NCBI GenBank assembly: GCA_907165135.1
Contig: OU015567.1
Coordinates: 11,594,001 to 11,658,000 of the forward strand
Reading direction: 5' to 3'
Origin: Oikopleura dioica
Taxonomy: Eukaryota > Animalia > Chordata
DNA length: 64,000 nt
The position numbers were made by a program, and so were the translations under genes. A model generated the notes under the pieces. That model was not told the DNA's origin, made no database searches, and was given only the letters and a program-made list of their open reading frames with translations. Positions 36,136 through 48,288 of the stretch are shown here, piece after piece (position 1 is the first letter of the stretch; every line of letters starts with the position of its first letter).

Positions 36136-37736
36136 ATGGTCCTTCAGTATGCAGAAGGTTAGTCAAAAAAGCGTAAAAAGAGGTGTTAGTTTCAAAGATA
36201 ATTAGTTTTGAAAGAATAGGGTGTTTTAGAGAAGATTTAATGAAGGCGAATTTTGTATAGGGTTAGAGCAGAAAGTGGACTTACGAAGGGTAAATTTGGA
36301 CGCTCTCAAGCCATGGATAGCTGACAAAGTCTCAAGGCTGCTCAACTCTGAAGACTCTGTCAAGGTACAGTTTCGTTCGATCGTCATTTTGTAATCTCTG
36401 TAGGTACCTCCCGATGTTGCTATAGACTATTGCTACAAACAACTTAGCTCGAAAGGGATTCTCCCAAATGGGAGGCAGATGCAGGTCAGTCAAGCTTTCA
36501 GAAGATCCCTTTTCAATCAATTCAGGATTCAATATCAACATTAATACAGGGAAAACCCGCAAGACTGTATATGGCGGAGCTGTGGCCACTACTTGTCTCC
36601 GCCCAAAACGTAGGTACCCCCAAATCTTCGCTGTCCAGAACACCCTATTTAGAGTCCTATGGGTATTCCGATGGCCATGATTGAGGCTAAAAAGCGTGAA
36701 ATCTTAGCCCGGGAAGGGAAAAAATCTAAAATTGACAAAATCGGTAAAAAGATCGACTCGGCGGTAAATGACTTGAACGGTAAGAAAGATCATCAACCAG
36801 TCCTCTTTTTATGTGTTTTTCAGACAAAGCTGTCGAGGAAGGAATGCGTAAGTACAACGTTAATTCCGGGAATCGGGTTTCTAAGATCCGCGACGCCAGT
36901 CGGGATAGAAGTAGATCTAATTCAAAACGAAAGCGCAGGTAAATTTGACAGTAAAACGACAGAAAGCTGAATCCCATTTGTTTAGTAGAACGCGCTCTCG
37001 TTCAAAAGAGTCAAAAAAGAGATCCAGCTCACGTCGACGCTCCAAGTCCTGGTTACCTCTTTAAAATCCTTTTTCTTTTGACTAATTAAAACTTCGTGAT
37101 AACCGAAAAAGTCCCGGACGAGGTCGAAATCCAGGTCGAAGTCGAGGTCGAAATCGAAGAAAAGATCAAAGTCAGAAGAAAAGAAGCGTTTGAAGAAGAA
37201 GAAAGAGGCGAAGAAAAAGAAAAAGGTATGGAAAATTATCGTTTCAAAAATAATTTCATTCTCAGATTGCATCGAAGAAAAAGAAGGCGAAATTAGAGAA
37301 GAAGAGAAAGAAAAGAAAGAAAGAAGAGTCATCATCTTCGTCGTCGTCTTCCAGCAGTTCTTCTTCTGAGAGTTCGTCTTCGTCCGACTCCGATTCTGAG
37401 TCCGAAGAAGAGAAGAAGAAGAAAAAGAAGTAGGTTCTATTTTTTTATTCCCATTTCTATAAATAAATTAAGGAAGCAACGAAAGAAGAAGCTGTCGAAG
37501 AAAAAATCGTCCAAGAAAAAGTCAAAGAAGAAAAACGACAGCGACTCGTCCGACTCTTCTGATGAAGATTCTCAGGTTGAACAAGGTGGTGTCCCAAGAG
37601 GCTCCAGAGGGGTTTTACTAACTCGTGTTCAGACGGAGACGTGCCGCCAGAAGCTGAAAAACCAAAGTCTTTGAGCGAGCTGGAGAAAAAACTTCGCGAA
37701 CGAGCTATAAGCTCCATGCGCAAAAAGAGCGCATAA
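36136..37736 (+). CDS. SRRM1: SRm160 / serine-arginine repetitive matrix protein 1 (PWI domain), compact form
   Basis: KVDLRRVNLDALKPWI..YMAELWPLLVSAQN..GIP..KKREI, RS/K-rich and S/D-rich tracts, and C-terminal LEKKLRERAISSMRK. Confidence 0.88.
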
Positions 37737-38287
37737 AAACACTCTTTCCTGAGGCAGAAATAATCACAGAAGCTTGAACCTTCTTTATCTCGCAAAATAA
37801 GTTCCAAACTCAAGTTTCCTATCATTTTCCTTCACATCTTTACTGTTTTTTTCTAAACAAAACTCTCCTTTCTGAGTTAAACATGTTTCTCGTAAACAAG
37901 TTCTATTATTTATCGTTTGAAATAACTTTCCAACTGCCCTGACTTCTGATATTTATCATTGTTACTACTGTTACCACTATTTTTATTAAAAATGTTTTAC
38001 CAAGTGCATTTAATATCTGCGTGTATCCATACTTTGCCTCCTCGAGACGAGAAATCTCCGCCAATACCGTATAAACTACGCAATACAATCTAATATCTAT
38101 TTAAACCATTTTTTCGAACTTAACTTTTTCCCTGGTGATAAAACTTTACTCAAAACTCGATTGAAAAAACTATTTTTGCAAAACTTCTTGCACCTTTTTT
38201 CTGTTTCAATACACGGAAAACCATCATAGCTTCATTTTTTATGTTTTCAGAAATCGTTAATCGATACGGAAAATATAAAAAAAAAAC

Positions 38288-41200
38288 ATGACAATAAAAG
38301 ATTATGTGTCGCCATATGCAGCTGTTTCCGAGGTGCAGGAAAAGTGGAAATTAGTACCCGCGTTTTTGGAAAGTAGAGGACTCGTCAAGCAGCATTTAGA
38401 CTCGTTCAATTATCTTCTGACACAAGGACTTCAAAAAATTATAAAAGCGAATGCGCGCACAGATGTTGATCAAAACTTCTTTTGGAATTACGATAATATT
38501 TACGTCGATCCGCCAGATGTTGAATATGGCATGAGAAGTGAGGCAATTACTCCACATGAATGTCGACTTAGGCTTGAGTTCGCAAGTTGTCTCTTTTGCG
38601 AGACTGAAGTGGTTCAATTTGTTGAACTCTTAAAAACAGAGACATGACATATTCGGCGCCAATTAAAGTTGATGTTACTTATGTCCGTGATAATCAAATT
38701 AGAAAGGCGCGAGGTCTGGTCATTGGCCGAATGCCCATCATGTTGAGGTCGGCTAGGTGTGTTCTAGCGGGGATGTCGCAGGAGCAGTTTTTTAAAGCGA
38801 AGGAGTGCCCTCTCGATCCTGGAGGGTACTTTATCGTCAAAGGAACGGGTGGTACACTTCACTTTTGGATGCGTTGTCACGAGTGACGTACTGTATCTCA
38901 TAAGCGGCTAATCGATTAAAGTCAGTGCTACCCCATTTGATAAGGTGCGGAAAAAGTGCTATTGATGCAAGAACAAGCTGTCTCTAATCGCATCCTGGTT
39001 GAGAAGGACAAAACCGGAATGTTCTGCGCAGTCGTCAAGTCAAAATCGGACACGGCGAATACCCAAACGAATCTTATCCAGTCGAAGAATAAAATTTACG
39101 TGAAGCAGAATAAGCTGCGTGAGCCTGTCAATGTTGTCGTGCTCTTTAAAGCGCTGGGAATCGAGCGGGATCAAGAAATCGCCGAATTGATCGCCACCGA
39201 GGACTCCACCTTGGCGCTCCTGGCGCCCAGCTTATTCGAATGCCAGCAGCTTGAAATCTTCTCCCAAAATCAAGCGATGAAGTACCTGGAAAAGACAATC
39301 ATGCGCATCCAGAACCCGATAGTTTCGCGATCGCAGATGCAGTCGCGCTTTCAAACCAGAACACCTCGTAACAGAGAACAAGAAGTCCATGTATGGCTCT
39401 GTAACACATTGCTGGTCAATGTGCCCTGTAAAGATTTTAACCTGTACGAGAAAGCTGTTTTTCTTGGACTTATGTGTCGACGACTTCTTCAAGCGCAACA
39501 AGGCATGATCAAAGCTGACGATAGAGATTACTACGGAAACAAGCGAATTCAGCTAGCGGGGGATTTGATATCCTTACTCTTCGAGGAACACTTTAAAAAT
39601 TTCAACGACGAGCTGAAACGTACGATTGGGAAGAAACTTGAAAAGAAAACAGCGCAGGGGAGGGGTGACATGACTGCGGCCAAGTTTGAATAATTGCTGC
39701 CTTTCACTTTTGAATTTATTATGGTCGTCTTTGGACTGCTCATTTTGGCCTTTTAATTAGACGAAAAGACAATTTTAAGGACAGTAATTAACATTAGAAT
39801 CGTCTTAAATCAGCACCCCTTTTTGACAGGTCGTTGACGTAATATCATCAATGAAATCACTACAAAACAAAATCACTCTAGCAATGGAAGCGGCTATTCA
39901 AACCGGCAACTGGAATCTAAAACGTTTCAAAATGGACCGCAAAGGCATCACGGAAATACTGAATCGAATGAGTTTTATTTCTATAGTGTTTGGGTTGTCA
40001 AAAATGCACATTGTTGTCGCGCGCTTGAATCCGTTATGCGCGACTGAAACGTGCTTTTCTTTTATTTGATATTCGTTCCATTTGTTTTTCAACCTACTTT
40101 CCAGTTGGCACAATGACCCGAATCAAGGGACATTTCGAAAAGACGATGAAAGTCACGGGACCCAGAGCGCTGCAAGGATCTCAATGGGGAATGCTCTGTC
40201 CTTCTGATACTCCTGAAGGGTGAGTTGACTAGAAACTTTCCGAGAACAAGTTTGGGTTCACACCGTTGTTGAAAATAAAGATTGTAAATCAGACTGCTCA
40301 TTTAACTGAGTCAACCACTCAATTTCCTGTTTAGGGGAAACAAGTATCATAGCCGGTTTTTGGGGTATTATGGGTTATTATCAGCTCGCGGATAATTTTC
40401 AATTGAAGTTAGATTGAACTTTAGATCTCTAATTGAGCCTAGTTCCGTCTTCTAGTGAAATCTTGTAACGAATTTGTCCCCTCTAAATTTCCACTTCCTG
40501 ACCGAAAACCTCGGCGTAAAATAGAAATTCTGCTTCGCTTTCCAAAATCACATAACGCCCAATCTCATAGTTGATGTAACGATCAGAACCAGACTTGTTC
40601 CGGAAAATTAGATTTCCCCTGGCGACCGACCTAGGACCTTCTCGCGTGGTAGAACTTGGCGAACGTGAAAATTTTGTTTAGAGCGCAATGTGGCCTTGTC
40701 AAGAATATGGCGCTCATGTCACACGTGACGACATTCGAAGATGATAAGCCGATCCATAGGCTTCTTATTAATCTTGGTGTGGAGGTTAGTAATCATTGAT
40801 ATTAATATTCGATGCACGTTTTCAATATTTTTTACTTCTCGCCTTGATTTTTATTATCAGTAGTCCAAAGTGTGGCCACGAAATGGCCATGGTTAGTTAT
40901 AAGTCGAGCGGGTTCATGGAACTGGAATATCGCAAAATTTCGAGCTTTCTTTTGCACTCGAAAACGAGGTCATCAAAGACTATTTTAGACAGAGCGAGAA
41001 TTCAAAAGCCGGAATGGAAGGCTTCGAGGTTGCTTCTCGTCGCTTAGTACGGGATTACCGCTACCAACGTTGCATGTTTACTTATGAACTTTGCGCGGTG
41101 CCGTTAACGAGTGGTTAGACGAGCGACGCTTTCGCTTTTCTTTCTTGAGCCTTCTATTTCCGGCCTAGTGCCAGGAACGATGTTAAATTTGCGTCTAGGA

Positions 41201-43663
41201 AACGAGCACTTTATCTGGCTACGATTTGCATGGTGCAAATTATTTGGTGTTTCTAAATGGCGCACTAGTTGGCGCCACGCGTAACCCAAAGAGTTTGACG
41301 CGCACAGTGCAACTCATCAGAAGGGCGGGTAGACTTCCTGAGTTTGTTTCGGTCTATGTCTCGGAGGAACATCGAGCTGTTTATCTCGCCTCGGATGGCG
41401 GAAGACTCACCAGGCCCTGTATAATTGTTGAAAATGGTAGGCCTAAGGTAACGACATTATTTGAGTTTATTTTTCCTAATGTTTCGACTAGGTCACCCAA
41501 AAGCATATCAACGCGCTACTGGAAGGCAAGGTGAAGTTTCCGGACTTTGTCAAAAACGGCCTCATCGAGTATTTGGACGTAAACGAAGAAAACAGCGCTC
41601 TAATAGGCACCCGGATTAGACAATTGTTTAAATACCAAGTACACGTAATGTTAAGTACGGACAGTTGTCCTCTTCGTTTTTCCCTGTTATCGTGTAACGA
41701 TATTTCCCGTACATTGCTTATCCAAATTAAAAGCCGTTTACGAACGTGATATCACAGAGCAGCATACGCATTTAGGTTGGTTGGAACATTCTTAGCCTAG
41801 TTTCTAAAGCGAAGTTTATCTTTTCCAACCTTTTTAAAAGAAATTGAACCCTTCGCCTTACTCGGAGTCTGTGCTGGTTTGATTCCTTACCCAGATCACA
41901 ATCAGTCACCAAGAAATACGTATCAATGTGCCATGGGAAAGCAAGCTATGGGTACAATTGCAATGAATCAAAGAGAACGAATCGACTCCTGCTTGTACAA
42001 TCTTGTTTACCCGCAACGCCCGCTGGTGAAGACGCGAACTATTGAACTCATCGGTTTCGAGCAACTCCCAGCTGGTCAAAATGCGACTGTTGCTGTAATG
42101 TCTTATTCTGGCTATGATATTGAAGACGCGTTAATTCTGAATAAAGCTTCTGTCGACAGAGGCTACGGACGATGTCTGGTTTATCGTAACGAAAAGACCC
42201 AGCTCAAACGTCAAGGAGGACTTGTTGAGACTATTGAAGAAAGAATCGATGGTCCAGCGCTCGATGCTCAAAGTGGGGAGAAAATCCGCGCAGATGAGTG
42301 CCTTGACATGGATGGAATCGTAGCACCGGGCGAGAGAGTCAAGGAACGGATAGCTAATCAATCTTTCCATTTCCACCCAGATAATCCTCTGGGTTCACAA
42401 AAGCTTGACGGAAATTTCGAGTGTGAATCGAATTTTGGCTATCTGATTAACAGGAGTACCATAAGTTAATCAACAAAGTGGTCTCAAAAGTTGTGGCAGG
42501 GGAAGGTAATCTACCACAGGATGAACCGAGGGCGATTAGAGCTCCAACGATGGCGAAATCGCAGCCAATTCACATCGGCACGGGTTAGACAGTTCTGAGG
42601 GCATATATTATAATATCAGAGGGTTGGGCGTTAGTTGATCTTGAACACGGCTGTCTAACCAACCGCTAGAGCGAGTTATGATCTCAGAAGATGCAACGTG
42701 GCGAATGGTGAAACTTTCTTACCGACAGACTCGACGGCCGGAATTAGGTGAGACATTTTCCTCGAAGCTCGTTCGATTTTTTTTTACGAATATATAATAC
42801 TAATATAACTATCATTTTCAGGCGATAAATTCTCGTCACGTCACGGACAAAAGGGTGTTACAGGGTTAATCGTTCCACAAGAAAATATGCCCTTCAACGA
42901 GATCGGAATGTGTCCAGATGTGATTATGAACCCTCACGGTTACCCATCACGAATGACAGTCGGCAAGTTGATGGAATGCATCGGCTCGAAAGCAGGTGCA
43001 CTCTCTGGAAAGTTTCACTACGGTACTGCGTTCGGCGGCAATACGACGGAAGAAATGGCGCAGACTATGTTAGACTACGGATTCAATTACTATGGAAAAG
43101 ATCTACTCATGAGTGGCGAAACAGGAGAACCTCTGGAAGCTTATATTTTCATGGGCCCAATCTATTACCAGAAGCTGAGACACATGGTTATGGACAAAAT
43201 GCACGCTCGTGCTACTGGAAAGGTCCACAATTTAACTCGACAACCACTAGAGGTAGATAATGAGAATGTTTCTGGTTTTAACATAATTCAGGGACGAGCA
43301 AAAGACGGAGGACTGCGACTAGGAGAAATGGAACGCGATGCATTGCTGGCTTACGGAGCATCGAACCTCTTGAATGAGCGATTCTTCTATTCAAGTGATA
43401 AATATAGGGTTTGCTAAGGCGATACTGGGTGCGATTGTTTAATAAATTTAGGTTGAAATTTGTGGCGATTGCGGGCTTCACGGCTATTCCGGATGGTGCC
43501 GCGTTTGTAGAACGGGAGAACATATGGCAAGGTAAGAATCCTTCGAATAGAGCTGTGTTTTTCATTTTTTAGTATTAACATGCCGTATGCGTGCAAGTTG
43601 CTGCTGCAAGAACTATTCTCGATGAATATCATGCCGAGGATACAATTGAAAAGCCAACTGTAG
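38288..43663 (+). CDS. POLR3B: RNA polymerase III second-largest subunit (RPC2), 15 introns
   Basis: [104 protein letters not shown]. Confidence 0.97.
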
Positions 43664-45292
43664 AACGACTCGACGCGAAAGAAAAAAGTATTTATGAAGA
43701 AACTTTTCTTCCTGTGTGGCAATGATTGAGCTGAACTGTCGAGAAATAAAAATCACGGAAAACTGATTCGCTCAGTATTTTCAAACGAAAATTTGGATTT
43801 ATTGGAGAGCAGCGTTAGACAGTTTGTTGGTGAATCTAACAAGAATCTCAATCCGCAAGCGCATGTTCGACTTGAAGCATTCTTAAGTTTAGAATTATAG
43901 TGGAACGTTGTGCTTCGTAAACTGATGCATTGAGCCTCTTAATCAATCGTTTCGTTCAAAAATTCAACAACAGCTGCATAGTCTTACACAACTCCTTTCT
44001 GTCCCTGTTGCATTTTTTCAAGATCATGGATTCTAATCGGCTAATCAAAGACACGAAATTCAAATATCGCAGGCTTTTGCAGACCAAGCATAGTCTTTGG
44101 TTGTTACTGTACCGGTTTACTGCTTCTATTGAGTCTATAGTCTATTATGTCTAAAATACAAAGTTTGCTTCTAAAAACGCCCAAAATATTTTCTGCTGAA
44201 TGCGTTCGAACATACTCTTGCGAAATTTCGCGGTCTCGGCTAATTCCTTAAAAGCTAAAAAATTGCCTTTAGTTTGGCGGCACGCGGTGCAAGGCGCACG
44301 TGTACTTCCGCAACCTTTGACTGACTTTTAAATTTCTTCCCGCAACGTTAAAAATCTCGGCCCTGGGAAAGGCGATGCAACGCGCTTATGTATAACTAAG
44401 GGATATTCAAAATGGAGGCGATAGCGTTTTCGTCAGAGCACTTTGTTGCTGTCATAGGTTAAACTCCATTTGCCTTGCATTTTTAAAATGTCAAATACCG
44501 ACTTTCAAACTGTAAGCCAACTTTTTTGGGGACGTCTATCATATTATGTCTGCTTAAGTCTAATTCGAGAAGGTACTGCCAGTATTCATCATACCTTAGG
44601 TCGTGTACTGTATTCTAGCTGCATAAATCTACCAGCAGACGGTCTTTTGTTTTACCATTTATTTATTTCGGAAACGGTGATTTCAAAGTCTTGTTTATTT
44701 ATGAGCTCGCTGGAGATTTCTTCAAAACTAAACATACCACACGTATAATAATGTTTATGTTTTTGCAATTAAGGAAATCTTTTAGGATGCCCTTCTGACA
44801 AATTGACTGATTATTTGGGTTGACGTCACTTTCAAGGCAAAGGCGAATTCATTATCGTATATTTATGTACAGACTTTGTGAAACCGTGCGTTATTTAAAA
44901 TGATGACTATGATAGTCATTATAAATCAAAGTCAGTGAAACAAATAAACAGAATCATAAACTTTGAATAAAATTGAGCATTATGGTCAGTCAATATTAAA
45001 GCGAATGCCAAATAATGGGAGCAAAAAGTTTTGCCACAAGTGTTAAAAATCTGACGAACATTGATGTTCAAGAACAACAGAAAATTGTGGCGCATTCGTG
45101 ACATTTTTCGATGGCGCTAGCACGCACGCCTGAGCGCGCACGAAATCGTCCGCGCTAAACTATCCGCTGATTTTTTTTATAGAAATTGATTTGTGTTTTT
45201 TATTGCTTTTGATAATCGGAAGTTGTTAATATCGCGTTTGTTTGAAAAGATAATTGCTGCCGAAGATTAATTTGCTAGAGAATTACTAGAAA

Positions 45293-46852
45293 ATGAAGCT
45301 CGTTGGATTGCTGGTTGCTGCTTCTCATGGGCAACTTTTGCCGAAACTCGAGTTCAAGGGAATGCCTGTACCAGGCCCGGAGTTAAATATTTTCGATCAT
45401 TTTCTAAAGATGATTTTATTGAAGCCTTTTATTTAATCCGAATAAAGCGCATCTTCTGAACATTGAACCAAAAGATCTTGAGTCACAGAGCTCGTCAAAA
45501 GCAGAGACGACTACTGTGATGCCAAGTACATCAACGATTACCACTTCTCGTGCGTCATCTACTGTTACAGAAAGTATTGTAACAACCACTACAGATTGGT
45601 GAAAAAAGAGTCTAGAATGAGCACGAGATTTTAACTATCTAAATAACACGATAAATGCTTTTTATATATTTTCACCATAAATGAAGACAGTTCACAAGCA
45701 ACAACCACCCATGCAACAACAACAGAAGCTGCGCAGAGCATCGAAGAATTCTTATTTTCAATGGAGAACAACGAAAATTCCAGCGTCTCAGGAAGCGCTA
45801 CATTTAAACCCCCGTGATATTAAAATTTGACATTTTTGAAAAGCAAGAGAACAGAACCTTTCAGTGACATTAAATGACTTTTCACGAGCAAGATACTTTG
45901 CATAATACGAAAGAAGTGAACTTGAAGGGGACTTTTATTTGATTAGCGAATAAAATAGACTCAAGAAATGAGAATGATACGACCAGACCGTCGAGGGGAT
46001 CTTTTGATTTGAAAGCAGCGATGGAAGAAAGTCGGGCGCAAGGATATGGTGAGTTGATCATGTTCTTGAAAACATGATAATATGAGAATGATTTTTTACT
46101 GATTTATTTTCAGGATCAGTTACTGGAGCGCGGCTGAGATTCGCCGGAACACCTTTGGGAGACGTAGCGCCAATTTATTTGTGCAAGAATCGCTCCGGAA
46201 ACCACTGCTGCGACAATAAAGATCCCGACTGCTTCACGCCCGGTGGCTGCTTCTGCGATTCGTCATGCCGAGCGTTTGGTAAGTCTCATTTTCGATGAAA
46301 TTGTGTACGACCCAAATTAGGGGGTAACGAAGATCAAGAGTCAAGAACTTTCGTTGCACGCAATGATTATGCTAAGAACACGTTGGGTTATCAAGTTTTC
46401 AACTCTAGAATAAATGCCAGCGGATCCTACTAAAAGCCTCTAATTGCGGCGGAGAGAGAGGCGCTCTGATCCACCTCAAACCCCCCGTTGTGTTCGTGTC
46501 TTTTAAGATTCATTTCAGACGACTGCTGTCCGGATTTTGAGGACGAATGCGTCGATAAAAAGTGTCTTGAAGAGACTAAAAAGAATTCAGGTTAGTTTTT
46601 GATAAAGGCTGAAAAATTTCGAAGAGCAGTTTAGATTTAGAAAAGGGTAACAATGTTTTAGCTGGAAAACTCGCGCTCCGAGGAATCGAGTTGCGGCGAA
46701 TGAGACATCCCGAGGTGATCATGGTCGCTTCAGGAGGTCAACCAACGCACGTAGAACCAGACGGCTGTTGCAACGGTATTCCATACAATCATGGAATCAA
46801 ATGCTGCTGCAATGGAGCTCTGACTGATCAGTGTCCTTGTCCAGAAACTTAA
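45293..46852 (+). CDS. Secreted protein: Ser/Thr mucin-like tract + somatomedin-B domain + di-Cys C-terminal motif
   Basis: Signal peptide MKLVGLLVAASHG, T/S-rich exons, GCFCDSSCRAF|DDCCPDFEDEC (SMB), GCCNGIPYNHGIKCCCNG..CPCPET*. Absent from the ORF track; needs GC-AG and GA-AG introns. Confidence 0.75.
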
Positions 46853-47156
46853 TTTCTATTTCATATTTTTTTTCTTAAATTTCTAACGCGCTGAAATCTC
46901 TTCAGTTTGTAACTTCTGTATAATAATGTGCAAGTGTATAGAATTCGTAGTGGGTAAGTTCATTAAACCCGTTTTTAGTGGGTTTATTTATTTGAACCTA
47001 AAGACTATAAAATAGTCAAAAAATCCACTGGTGAAGCTTTCCCTATAAATCATAGGCTATCATTAATAAGACACGAAGCGCTAGAATAATTTTTAAATGC
47101 ATGTGAAATGGTAAGCTTGAAAATCAATAAAAGAAAATCAAAACGAAGAAAAAAAA

Positions 47157-48116
47157 ATGCTGAACAGAAGCTGCTTGCCCAATGAAAGAGTTCTCCAATG
47201 CTGGAAAACCTCAATCCTTGCCGTCAGAAACTCCTTTACTGTAAAATTTCTTAAACTCCCGCGTATAACGCGAGCAGATCTTGTAAATAAATACGCTCTT
47301 TTCATATTATTTCTTAGTTTGTAAATCATTTGACTAATTGGACAACTTGGTCAGGTAATTATGGAGGAGCGCATGCTGCATTCATAAAAGTGCATAGATT
47401 ATATTTTTAGTGCACGTAGTTGTATTTTTATTGTCTATCATTTTGTTAGCGGGAACTTTCATTTAACGGAAACAGCAAAAAGCAGACAAGAGACAGAATA
47501 TTTCGTGCAAATATGATGCGAAACGCAGGGATTCATGCTAAAAAAATTTTCTGAAATATTTGTTCGTATCAAAAATATGAAGAAAGAAAAATCTGAAATC
47601 CCAATAAAAGAGACTAACAAATTTGAAAGGCTCCAAGGAACCTAAGCCCCAAGGCGTAAGATTTATTCAAAGTCACATTTTTTAGTTATATATTTCAGTC
47701 GGTCGGGCACAATGGGGCTCCTCGAAAAAGCTGGGCAAAGCTCGGCAATGGGACTCTCTTTACCTCTGTACTCAACAATCTCCAAGAAGGAGGTGACTTT
47801 CTAATAATTTGAAAACAAGGTCGCTCGTCTGAGAATTTTAGGCTCCACGTTTTTGTGAAATTCAAATCCTATTTCGAAAATCTTGGTCGGAATAATTTCA
47901 AACGTGGATTTTTCGTTGAAAGGAAAAATTTCCGAAATCGAAATCAAGTTAATTTCATTTTTCAAAAGAAATTCAGATTGGATTGACCAAGTTATACTTG
48001 TGGCGTTTGAAAAGCGGAGGGAGGAAATCAGACGGCGAGAAGCTGAGGAGGAGAAACAACGGGAGGAAGAGGCGAAACGTGCGTATGAATTTCGCGACAT
48101 GGAAACTCAGATGTGA
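47157..48116 (+). CDS. Hypothetical ~105-aa protein with a C-terminal E/R-rich helix
   Basis: Three exons join in frame through GT-AG introns: MLNRSC..NSFT|SVGHN..QEG|DWIDQ..EKRREEIRRREAEEEKQREEE..QM*. Confidence 0.45.
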
Positions 48117-48288
48117 ACAATTACTGCTTAAAAATTCACTTGAATGAAATGCTTTATTGAATATAACATCGCACCATTATCATTCTAATTGACTTCTTGG
48201 TCAACTGCATCAGCATGGGAATAGAAAATATGTTGAAAACACTCCCAGTTCTCATATGACTCTGACTGCCATATCTAAAAAACGAGAC

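Noticed and set aside
38572-42669. Stem introns as copies of one recent introner/MITE family
   Set aside because: Stem and internal sequences are unrelated between introns, G-U pairs are frequent, and there is no consistent long TSD. An ancient transposon origin is not excluded.
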